A program made the translations under genes and the position numbers. This document shows positions 25,197-36,774 of a DNA stretch of 64,000 nt, in pieces. The notes beneath the pieces are model-generated. The model saw only the letters and a program-made list of their open reading frames with translations. It searched no databases and was not told where the DNA came from. Source of the stretch: Marsupella aquatica. Its lineage: Eukaryota > Plantae > Marchantiophyta. The stretch lies in contig OZ316892.1 of assembly GCA_973895155.1 (NCBI GenBank), positions 11,596,238 through 11,660,237 on the forward strand, written 5' to 3'. The stretch's first letter is position 1; each line of letters opens with the position of its first letter.

Positions 25197-26090
25197 TCAC
25201 ATGAGGGAGAACGCAGCAGCAGCTGCTGCGGCCTGTATCTCTTTCCGAGACATTATTCCAGGGGGAGGAGGAGATTGCACTTGTGCCGGGAAGTTGAGAA
25301 GGGCAGCGAGACCGTGAAGGTTAAACGCAGCCACATCATAAGCTCGTGCTGCCATCTCTGGGGTTGCGAAGGAGCCCAACCAGACTCTCGATCGCTTCCC
25401 TGGTTCTCGTATCTCCGACACCCACTTGCCCCACCTCCTCCTGCGCACCCCGCGATACACAGGATGGGGACTTTCATCTTCCAGCAGTGGCTTCCTGTCT
25501 GCGGTAGGAGCAGTAGAAGCAGGAGCAGCGCATTTCTTCCTCTTTTGCGCCGCCACTGGCTTCGATCCATGACTCACTTCATTTGTTCCTGAACTGTCAG
25601 TTGCAGAAACGCGTTGTTGACGAGAAGAAGAACAATGACTCTCCTCAGTGAAGGATTTCCCTACCGAAGATTTTGTGGCAGCTTCCGTAGTCCTGACGGT
25701 TGTGATGCCATGGCAATCGTTCCGAGAAAAAGAAGAGGGAGGAGCGCCTTCGCAAGTACGTGACGCCGAAAGCGCCGGGCTGTTTCCGGACCCTGACTCT
25801 AGTCCTCGATCAGCCTCCACGAACGACGATGGTAATTGATCATTTCGCGGCTGACGTTGATGAGAAGAAATTGCCACACGCTGATGGTCTTCCTTCGCTT
25901 GCAAAAACGCCCCCCTTGTCGCTGCTGTTCTGGCTGCGGGCTCTTCCCCTCCTGGCGAGGATTGCATCGTGGAGAGATGAAGGTAACGATTTGAAGCATC
26001 AATAGCTGACAATGGAAGTGCAGAGGTCGAGGATTCTTGCGAAGAATATCCATGCCGGAGGAGGGCATTGGAAGGAGGAGTCATCGTCAT
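25197..26090 (-). CDS. AP2/ERF transcription factor, DREB A-4 (TINY-like) type
   Basis: Single AP2 domain [44 protein letters not shown]...LLNFP with the DREB-type WVSEIRE signature, followed by [10 protein letters not shown]. First ATG at 26090 (the ORF track starts at an upstream TTG). 3' end uncertain. Confidence 0.88.
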   Translation of the reverse strand: MTMTPPSNALLRHGYSSQESSTSALPLSAIDASNRYLHLSTMQSSPGGEEPAARTAATRGAFLQAKEDHQRVAISSHQRQPRNDQLPSSFVEADRGLESGSGNSPALSASRTCEGAPPSSFSRNDCHGITTVRTTEAATKSSVGKSFTEESHCSSSRQQRVSATDSSGTNEVSHGSKPVAAQKRKKCAAPASTAPTADRKPLLEDESPHPVYRGVRRRRWGKWVSEIREPGKRSRVWLGSFATPEMAARAYDVAAFNLHGLAALLNFPAQVQSPPPPGIMSRKEIQAAAAAAAFSLM

Positions 26091-27675
26091 GACTCTCTGC
26101 AGATCCAATACAGTCTTACGGTGGAAGCGCGTGGGGGTTCACGAGAGAATACTGGTATTCAGGAACAGGCTATCAATATGACCAGTTTGTCACAAAGTAC
26201 CGAGAGACTCACCAGACCGGCGGGAGAAACACATAGTGCTCGTTCTGGAGTAAATGATACGTACCGACGGCCAGAATCCAGTCCGCGCCTTGAAATTCGA
26301 TGAAAAGGGGAAGGAAGAAGAGAACTCCAAAACAACAAGAACTTCGGTCTTCAAAGCGAGCCAAGCGGGTCCCAGGAGGAGTGCGGAACAGTCACAAACA
26401 TCAGCACTACTTCAAAAGAAGAATAGACCGCGGCATGCCCACAATAAACCACGAAATTTTGAAGAACTGCTGTAGCCGATGCGGAGATGGCGGACGGTAG
26501 GCACCACCACTGGCGACCGCGCGGGTTACATAAAAGTAAAAAGGCCAGCGTATCTCTCATAAGAATTCGGTGGCACACAAGAGAAAATCAGAAGCACAGC
26601 TGAGAACTCAATTAGTCGTGAACTCCTGCTTGGCCGCACGACACAATAATCAGACTCTCTACAGACCAGACCGGTCGGCAATCGCCCGACTAAACGTAAT
26701 GATGGCGGCAGTCAACATCCGAGAAAGAGAAAGAAATCGGAAGTGCAATGGTGACAGGCATGGCCGTCAAGGGGAGTGAGAGCTGACCACGGCCCGCATT
26801 GGAGAAGACCACATTTGGATCGGTTCTCTGGAGAGAGCGGAAACTCAGGTTCGCTACAGAGAGGAAACGTCGGTCAACCTAGCTTCCAATGCGACGGACT
26901 ATCAAAATCTCATGCCAACAAGCGAGACTACGGTCACACATCAACAGAACCAGCCCGATGCGAATCAGAGAAAAGGGAGGTGGAGACAGTAGCATGCGTC
27001 GCAGTGAGTCAGATTTCCCTTATCTACATTCCTCTCCCCTTCGAAGTCAGGTTTCCACTTTCCCACTCCTTTCCTTCCCATCGTCCTTCGGCGGTAACGA
27101 GATGTACAGTAGTAGCTGAGGGAGGCGAACTAATAATAAAGAGGCAGCACAGCAGGGCTCTACTCGAGGTCTACAATCCTGTAGCAAATTTTTGCCAGAA
27201 CTCAGCCAATCAGAGTACAACAATAATCTTCACAACAACAACCCGCAAATCGAACCCACCTGCACGGACGGCTCTCTGTCGGCTCGGCTGGAGAATCAGG
27301 CAGGCAGGCGTGGTGTGCTCAGAGCCTCAGACAAAAGCTCCGGATTGGAATCCGAATCCGAATGCGAGTCTACGCTTTCCATCGCTGGTCACAGCGACGG
27401 GCAATCAGGATGATGCCATCCCGAGTAGAAAGAACGAGAAAACGTTCCGTTTTTTAATTCAAAAGGCACTGAGGTCGGCGGTACACTAGTAATGGTAGTA
27501 CTTCCAGTAGCGCGACCGACTCGCTATGTGACAGTCCGGCGAAGCACGAAGGCAGAAAGGCGATCGACTCCGTGCTCACACACAGAATAGAACGCACACC
27601 AACACAAATCGTCTTTTTGCGGTCGATCGTCATCGAGATTCCTTCTCGCCGTTTCTCTTCTGCTACGGAAAAGAG

Positions 27676-28390
27676 TGAGGTGTCTGAGCGTGCTAAGAAT
27701 ATTCTTTATCTAGTTCCTAGATTTATAATGACCGTTAGATGCCCTGAGAATTGAGGATCACCCTCAGATTGCGGCTGGGCTAATGGGAGATAAATTATTA
27801 TTTTCGCTAAAAGTGTGGAATAAAAATTTAGTGGGGTGTGGTTGTGAATGACACCTTGTGCGAAGGAGAAGATCCTTGAAAATTCCTCATCTAATCTTTG
27901 GTAGATAATTTACTTCTTCTTCGTTCTTGAAGCAAAGTAAAACTCAGTAAATAACGGGTAGTACCAGACCAAAAGTCACTCTGTGACCAAACACTTTAAG
28001 TCATGAAGATGAGGTGTCTGAGCCTTGTGCTAAGAATATTCTGTTTCTAGTTCCTAGATTGATTTATGACCCTTAGATCTTCTGAGAATTGTGGCTCACC
28101 CTCAGATTGCGGCTAGGTGAGAAACTGGGCTAATGGAAGGTAATAATTTTCGCCAAAAAGTGTGGAATTCGTTTGGAGTGGGGGTTGTGAATGACACCTT
28201 GTGCTAAGGAGAAGATGTTAGAAATTTACTTATCTAATTTTACTAGATTATTGTCTTGTTCTTTTTTCTTGAAAGGAGCACTTTATTTACAAGAAAAGTA
28301 AAACCCAAGAGAATAACAGGGAGTACTAGACTGGAAGCACAAAGGCACAGAGGCCAAAAGTCACTGTGACCCAAACACTTTTAGTCATGA
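27676..28390. repeat. Tandem duplication (~335-bp period) of a dispersed repeat also present at ~60455-60655
   Basis: gaggtgtctgagc..gtgctaagaatattct...caccctcagattgcggct...ttgtgaatgacaccttgtgc...ccaaaagtcact...caaacactt occurs twice. Confidence 0.88.
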
Positions 28391-29034
28391 GGGTAAAGGA
28401 AATAAAAGTAACTGCAGATGCAAGGTAACATCGAGTCACACACCCGAAGAAAACCAACTAAACCACTACACCAACAGTAAGGGCAGGACTACAGTCTTCC
28501 TACTGTAGATTATTTTCTCACCTCTAGATCTAAGGATAGCCGTCACATTCTGGATATAATGAGGTGGTTGTGGACTCTGTAGGTGTGAATAGGTGGAAAA
28601 CTGGCGAATCACAAAAGAAAAGCACTTGTTAGTGGGTTGTGATTTGGCGAATTTTCGCAATTAAACAGTACGCTGACGCGCACGGTCTTCTTCGTCAATC
28701 GTCATCGAGATTCCTTGTCTTCTGTTGTCGACTTGTCGCCGTTCCCTGCTCCTCGCCTCTTACTATAGTGTAGTTTAGTACAGTAGTAGTATCAAGGATC
28801 AAGGATAGATGTAATTAATTAATAAAGGAGAGGTATAATAAGGAGAGGGGACTAGGGGAGGGGGGGTCTGGATAAGGCTGGCGAAGGCTTGCTGCTCCTC
28901 GTCTTGCTGCCACCGCCCGTTCGTCGCCAGCAGCTAGTGACCAACCGACCTCTGCGGCGCCCCCGACCGACCGCCTCTCGCTCGCTCGTCGTCGGTGCGG
29001 GTCCCAACTCCCAACACGACTGGGCTGGACGCCT

Positions 29035-29122
29035 GGACTGTACGCTGGTAGTCTGGTACAGTACTCCACGGGTGGTACACTGGTAGTCTGGTACAGTGCT
29101 TCACGGGTGGTACACTGGTACC
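29035..29122. repeat. 35-bp tandem duplication rich in GTAC
   Basis: ctggtagtctggtacagt(a/g)ct(c/t)cacgggtggtaca twice. Confidence 0.8.
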
Positions 29123-29199
29123 GTAGGGCGGGCCGTAGGGACTGTCACGTTGGGTCAGAATTTAATCAGTTATTTGAAATTTCAGTCCTGGGCGGCCAA

Positions 29200-29630
29200 G
29201 GGAATTGAAGCCCCCATGGACCACGAAGTTAGTCTCTCAAGCCTCCATGGACCACATTTCCCAATCTTTGAGTTTCATTCAAATAACTTGATATTCAGAA
29301 GTTCAAGCAAGTTTTATAGCTTGGGCGATGTGCGCATGAGTACTCACATCAAAAGTGACAGTAAATTTTTAGCCATTTTGGTTGCCAGTTTTTCAAAACG
29401 TGTTGCAGAATGATAAATTCTATTGGATTTGTAGCTTATTTTGTTTTTATGAAATCTTGTGTGTTCTACTATATCTCTTCCTTTTCTAGTTGCCTTGTAG
29501 GTGCAAAACTCAAAATTATTGTAATACTCATAATCATCAAGTTATGGACCCCTAACTCCCATGGACCACCACAATGCTATCCATGGGAGCACTGTGTCTA
29601 ATATGGTGGTCCATCCTGGCTTCAGTTTCA
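29200..29630. mobile_element. Probable MITE-like element of the CATGGACC/GGTCCAT family
   Basis: Left end attgaagcccccatggacc and right end ggtccatcctggcttcagt are imperfect inverted repeats. The right end resembles ggtccatccgggccc..tttcaa at 655-680. No TSD resolved. Confidence 0.45.
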
Positions 29631-31533
29631 AGCAGTTTACAGTAATGTTTGTGATAAAGTGTCAATTAGTGAAATTGTAAAGTGTGTCACAAAAACTGGC
29701 TTAAACTTAGTTTTTTCTGAAATTGGGGAAAGGTTACAATTCACTTTTGTGTTCTAAATTTGGAGGGAAACTTCATTTTTAAGTGTATAAATTGTCTGAA
29801 AATAAAAACCAAATCTAAATAAGGTAATTGATTCATAGCATTGGGCTAGAAAACCCAGAAGGCCCGAGGGGTTTGTTCTGCACTTACATCCCTATGGTCT
29901 GTGTAAAGTTAGCAGGAGTCAATTTACACCAAAAGAGAAAAGTGACCAATTGCTTTTTGGAAGGATATTTCACTTTTGATGCTACGCCATGAGTAGTGTT
30001 TCGAAGAGCCCCAACCACTGTAAATTGTTAGTTTTTAACATACTTGTGCATTTGGTGTTTGGCATACTTGTGTACATTTGGATAATTGTTTGATCTCTTT
30101 GATTTGAAAAGATTACTACATTGGGAAAGGATGGATGTTTCACATTTGTGAAGGGTTTCATGAGTAGTCGAGGCATGAGAAGTGACATACGACTGATAAA
30201 CTAATCAAAACAGGTTGCAAAATGTCAAGAGCCCAGTAACGGTTTTTCAATCAAAAATGTAAAACATCCTACCCCAGGTCTACAGTAGTCAACTTAGATG
30301 CCAGTTCATCCAAGCTTTGAAAATACATCTTCGTTTCATAGCTAGTAAACCCCTCGTCTTTCCTTTTCCCCTCTATAGTATGAAACTAAAAAATATTGAC
30401 TTTGCATTGAAGTCTGTACTGTGTAGTGGGTGCTGCGCTGGGGCCTCCTTATCTTGGTAATTGTCCTTGCCTTCACCGCGTCGGTGCAGCTTGTCTACTG
30501 TAGTGCAAGCTGGATTATGCAGGAGTACGGTACAATCTTGTTTTCTGGTCCGGGTATAGTTATGAGTGGTTCCTTGTGATTGAAAGGTTACTAGGGAGGG
30601 GTTATTGTGAAGTGCGAGGAAAGAGTAACAAATTTTTCTCCCATGAGTAAAATTTTTCCTCACATGACACCTTATTTTTCTATCTCCAATTGCCTAGCTA
30701 ACAAGAACCTGGTTGATAACATACATTTTTGGGACTCCTCTTTTTGTAAATAAACACTTTGTAAACAACTTCTCCTTTGAATCTAGGTAACAATTTATAT
30801 AACAACTGGCCAACTCAATGGAAAAAGCTGCATGATACTGACGCCCCAAATATGCTTGCACGATAGACCAGCACCCACCAAAAATTTCCACCCATACAGA
30901 TATAGCATGTTCATCCTGGAACATGCCTATATTTTTGTCTTGTAGTGATATTCTTGTAGTGATATGTAATTCATTTGATTTATTTTATGATAAAAGAAGT
31001 AGATACATGTAAATTATATGCCAATAAATTAATATCTGTTGATTAAGATTAAGTGACATCAAAGATTGAGTGACACCTTTCACATGCCAAAAAAGCACAT
31101 TATGGTCAAGAAAGTACAAAGTTACTAAAGAATTGTGCACATACAATACAGATTTGCACTTGGTTCTAGGTAGGGACAATCAACTCAATTAAAACCATAA
31201 ATTTTGCAATGGAAACCATGAGGGGGAACTTAATACACAAGATGTGCACATTGTTCAAATTCATTTGTCTCACTCTCATGAGAAAAAAGCTAAATAGTGA
31301 TTGAAAAGGAAAAATTAAACATTTAGGAGGGGAGCCAAATATATTCAAATACTCTAAATTCATTAAAATTAAAAGAGGTCTAAAAGTTAATTCAAAATCA
31401 AATGAATATAAATGATTCACCTTGTTAAGGCACATTAAAATTCAAATATTAAACACAAAATATAAATAAGACAAAATCTAAAAGTTGGAATCACCATATA
31501 GCAGTTTCATATCCAGATAAGTCGGTGTACATT

Positions 31534-31643
31534 TGGGGGGTGGGGACATCTGTACTGCACAGGTGGCTGGAAAAACATAGAAAAACCCTGGGGGGTGGGG
31601 ACATCTGTACTGCACAGGTGGCTGGAAAAACATAGAAAAACCC
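31534..31643. repeat. Perfect 55-bp tandem duplication
   Basis: tggggggtggggacatctgtactgcacaggtggctggaaaaacatagaaaaaccc at 31534 and 31589. Confidence 0.95.
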
Positions 31644-31880
31644 ACGGCAACATATTATACACTGTACTAGCCATCTGGATTCATAAAAACACACAACAAA
31701 TATATAAGGCAGCAAAAAGCAAAAGAAATTGTAAACCACTAGTGTCTCCTTAACAACACTCTCACTGCTAACAAAATTTAAAATTCATGTTTGCTTGCAT
31801 TACACAATTCCTCTTACTAGAGTACATTGGAAAATGTATATTTTGATCTTACTATACTATAAGATGCATATTCATTTCAT

Positions 31881-32923
31881 ACTAGCCCCGACTACCTGTT
31901 CTTTGAACGTGAATAGCAAGGAGGACAATAAAAATGTCACCTTATTCACATATTTTGAAGGTTAATGAAATGATAAAAAAATTATCATGCATATCATCAT
32001 TTTAATAATCAGACATAACATACCATAGTACTCTTTTCTATGCACATCCCTAGTTTTTCTATCCTACATCCCACTTATGCACATATAATATGGTGGGGCC
32101 ATAGAGATCAATTTTTAATATAAATAGAAATTGTAACAAAAAGCAGTCATGATAATCATTTGACATGACATATATCATAGACATCATAGACATCAATTTT
32201 CTCATCATTCCACATGATGAGTCATGGAATTATGGTCTAGAGGCTTCACTCTGGAAACCTGGCCCCAACTCTAGCTTGTAGTTGCAGATTTATAAGTAAG
32301 ATTTTGTTTTATTAAGATTTTTTGTAGTGTACAATATGACTCAACAAGGTGCATCATTTGTGTTGTTTGGATTTTGATTGGTGGGGGGGATGGACCTTTT
32401 TTTTTTTAAAAAAAAAATTCCTAGAGGGTTTTGAATTTATCATGATAATCCTCTTAATTTTGTAATCTTTGCTATCCTAGAGATCACTTTCAATGAATTT
32501 CTACAACTTGGGAGAATTTTTATCTCCTCGCATCTTACTTATAAAGGGCCAACTACAAGGTAGAGTTGGGGACTAGGCTTCTAGAGTCAAGCCTCTAGAT
32601 AGTAACTTCATGGCTCATCATGTGGATGGGAAAACTCATAACCATGATATATGTCAAATGATAAGCATGTATGCTTTTAGTCATGATTTCCATTTACATT
32701 AAAAAATGGACTTTATGGCCACCATAACACATGTGCATAGAAAGAGGGATGTGCATATAAAGAGTATGATATGGTATGTATAATTATTAAAATGGTTACA
32801 TGCATGCTTATTTTATTATTATTTCATTAGCCTTCAAATAATGGGAATAAGGAATATATTTTGGTGACATTTTTATTGTACTCCCCGCTATTCACATTCA
32901 AAGAACGGGTAGTCGGGGCTAGT
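31881..32923. mobile_element. Foldback/long-TIR non-autonomous DNA transposon (~1.04 kb, ~400-bp arms)
   Basis: The terminal 37 bp match 35/37 as inverted repeats (ACTAGCCCCGACTACC.GTTCTTTGAA.GTGAATAGC). Complementarity continues inward to ~32290 / ~32535 (tctagaggctt.actct.gaa.cct.g.ccccaactcta.cttgtagttg). Confidence 0.88.
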
Positions 32924-35154
32924 GAGTGAAAAAAATAATTCTGAACAATGTGGACACCTCCTGTCTTACTTTTCCCTCGCGCCTTTCCTTCCTATGTTTG
33001 TGATTTTGATTGAATTCTATGTTAGTACCTTTGGTGAGTGAGCATGAGTACCTTCAGTGCACAACTCTTCAATACTTTATACCATAGACTTGTATTTTTC
33101 AGGGTCATTATGTGATTTTCTTTGCGCCTGCCCTACTTCTTCTTGTATCTTATCCCACTTACTTGTCAAATACTTTTTATGGTTGTCCAGTACTTCTATT
33201 ATTGTATTTCATCCTAAGTAAATTAAATCACTTACACATCACTATATCACAACAAGACAATTGGTTTGTGGACACCTTACCTTATGGTTCATTGTCTTTT
33301 GTATTATTCTACAAATGAGGGTGACTACAAAGTTCAATCTGTCATTTGCAGTCTTTGCAAGCATAGACTACATTACACAATGTGCAATTTCAGCCTTTCA
33401 AGTTTGTGTGCATCTTCAGGCTTCTAGGTTTCTATACAGTGAAAAAGGTCTTGTTTCAGAAAGAAAATTGGGTGATTATAATCTTTAATTAAGGTTCAGT
33501 TGAGTTTAAAAAACTAATTGATGTACAAGATGCATACAAGGATTGTAATGCACTTAGAGATATTTTCCACAATATGATCAAACAAATTATGCATTCATTG
33601 CAAACTGATTGTTTGAACACATGAACTTGTTTGGTAGGACCTTAATCAAAATTGCATCCATATCAAAAAATCTCTGCTGACTGATCGTGAAACAGAACGT
33701 GCACTACAGTGTGGATTCAGTAAAAGAGGAGTGGCGGAGATGTTCAGCAAAAATGGAATGGCTTGGCCCTCCAGCGGAATAGCTACTGTTATCTGAAACA
33801 GAGTTGTTGTTGTTTGTGAATGGTCATGACATACCAGTCCTGGATTCTCCACTGCACACGTCCAATCATTCATTCACAAAGAATGGTGGCCAGTATTCAA
33901 CTCCCACATTAGAGGACTTCAAGCAGGAATTTGAGAGATCAACTAACAAGCTCCCTCATTGCCTAGCTACAAACCTGCCTTCAGACCGTTCTGAGTGTCA
34001 CAACTGTAACAATTAGCACTATTCCTATGGAAATAAACTGCTTTGCAATCTGTGATGATTACTGCTACTGCTGTAGACAAAAGCAATGTATCATCAATAG
34101 AAGAAAGATAGTGTATGTGGAGAGAAGAGAGCTTTGAATCTAATTGATTTCAAGAGTGTTTATCATCAAGAGGAAGGGAAATTGAAGACGGGGGCACACT
34201 TGAGGGGTCACCATATGGAACGCCATACATCACGTGAAGCAAAATAAGTGTCTCATTTGTGTTCACAGTAATTTTGGCAAAATAATTGGGACACTACTAC
34301 CATTAAAAAAATGACACAAATAAAAAATTACAAAAGGCAAGATGGGTAAAACTATCATATGTAACCATTTCAGTTACATTAAGTTAAAAGTAGGCTAAGA
34401 GCTTTATACTCGTACCTCCAATCTTGCAAAGAAATCCACTATCACTGCTTTATGGTTTTGCTACTTGAGCTAAAATTGGTGTTTACCTCCCACTTAACCT
34501 AGTTGGTTAAACATGTAAAGAAGGGCCTTGATTAAGCATAAAAGGTGGATGATATGGCATCAGGCAACATGAAGAAGTGAGACCTCATGTCAAGCTGTTT
34601 AACAAAACCCCATGTGAACTCCAAAACCCTCACCAGAACAGGTCAGCAAGAATCTTGAAATTGGATCAGAAGACTCCCCTGGACCACGCATCTTGATATT
34701 TATGGACATTCCAAGAACCTCTCCAAACGAACACAAAGATGGACAATTGCGACTCAGATGAATTATAAAAACATAATATAGAAACTTTGATAGAAAAATG
34801 TGGAGTGGGGATAGATTTAAGTTATAAAACATAGACAACATAAGAGAAACATCTCAGAACAAAATTTAGCCTTATTGACCACCACTGTATTAATTAATAT
34901 TAATATTATAATATACTACTGAAGACTGTTGTAGTTATCTTCAATTAGAACTACTGAAGACTCTTGTAGTTATCTTACAATTGAATCAATTTATTACTCA
35001 CTTTCAGGTAACTTGGCTCGCACATCTTGTGAAAGTGAGCAAAGGAATAATTTTATTGGGGCTTTTGGTGGCATTAAGTAAGCAAAATTGATGGAGTGGC
35101 GTACATAGCATTCTAACTTTTGGGAGAATTGCACACAATGTTCATGATAACAGC

Positions 35155-36731
35155 TTATGTGTGATCAGGTGGTAACCTATCTACAGTGATTGCCAATGAC
35201 TCCACACTATTACTAGGAAGGTCTCCCTCCATCCTAATAGAGCTGTTTGCCTCCATACTATTACTAGGAACGTCTCCTTCCACCCTAACAGAGCTGTTTA
35301 CTGGGGTGCGTGTTTGAGATGTACCATGATCGCTTCCTGAGCAGCCAATAAAATAATCACAACCAGGATTTAGCATTAACCTCTTCCTAATCACAAGAAT
35401 CAGGTTTTTTGAGCCCACTTATCATCGAAAGTAATATTTCTTGAATAGAAACGTATGTAATAAAGCCGGGTAGTGTATTTGAAGATGGGTTTTGTGTTCT
35501 AGGACAAGGCCTTGTGCAAGAATGCAATTTTTTATTTTTTTATTTTCCTACAGTACTATGCAGAGAGTCAATAAATTGTTAGGCTGGGGGGTTAGATGGG
35601 ATAAAGCAAATTTTTTTTAGTTTCCAATTAAACATACATCTTGGGATGATTAGGCAAGTGGACCCCTCTAACTCCGGAACAATTTCCAAAAAAAATTAGT
35701 AGTCAAAAGTTGTGGAGAATTTTGGATCCTGGAACTGACCCTAGTATAGAGACGGAGGCAACAGTACCTGAAGAAAAATTAAGGTCAGGAAAGACAGAAC
35801 ACCGACAATGTGGACATTTCACATTCAACCGCAACCACTCATCAATACAAGTTGTATGGAAGTTGTGTGCGCAAGGTAACCCTCGCACCTGATAGCCACC
35901 ATAGCTCAACTAAGTGAAACCAAGCATTTTCTTGCAGAGTCTCAGGTGATGAAATGAATATAGCTACCACTTTTTAGGTACGATAAAACTAATTTATCAA
36001 GTGAACAATAACATTTCAGTTTACAAATGACTCAGTATATGAGCTTTCATTAAGGCAAACATTTGGAGTCAACAGATTCTAAGAAAGTGACTGATTATTA
36101 TGGGCTTACAATGTTCAGGATAAAGTTGTCCCTGTGTTAACTTAATTATGATTTATTTGGGGAAATTCACAGTTCTGCTAAGATAACATGTTTCATTGTT
36201 GCATTAGAACTATTGACTTTCTAGCCACCAAAATTTAAAGATTTTTATCCAAAAATATTTAACTCTATTTTAACTTTATGGATAAATAATCTCAAATGGA
36301 GAGATCAAGTATCATCCACCTCCTAGACTTTTCTTCAGAGGTTGAGAAATAAATCTTGCTTGTGCTTTTCTCAAATAAATTAAGTACTCCATTAAAATGG
36401 ATTCAAGGCAAAGACAAGGAGGACCTAGTTTCAAGAAGGGTGAAGCAAATGGATAAATTGGTAACCTCAGTTCCAACTTCAAATTCATCCAAGCAAATGG
36501 GACATGCACTACTCTCCGTTGGGACTCCCTTGAGTTGAAATCTGGGTAAGTCTTGTATAAGCTTGTCAATCTGTTCCCTCTGGTACATTACAGAAGAAAG
36601 GTGGTGCAAGATGGATTATTTCCAAAACTGAAACCCAATAGTAATAGTTATGAAGTAAATCAAAATATACTTCAAGTAGATAGGTAAAATATAATAATTT
36701 TTAATTAATAAAACCTCAACTGCTCATTTAA

Positions 36732-36774
<43 letters not shown>

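Noticed and set aside
26776-27489. 237-aa plus-strand ORF
   Set aside because: GTG start, no recognisable domain, antisense to the probable 5' region of the AP2/ERF gene.
31880-32924. CACTA assignment for the foldback element
   Set aside because: The right end reads TAGTG, but both left-end copies start TACTA and the 3-bp flanks (tca / agt) do not match.
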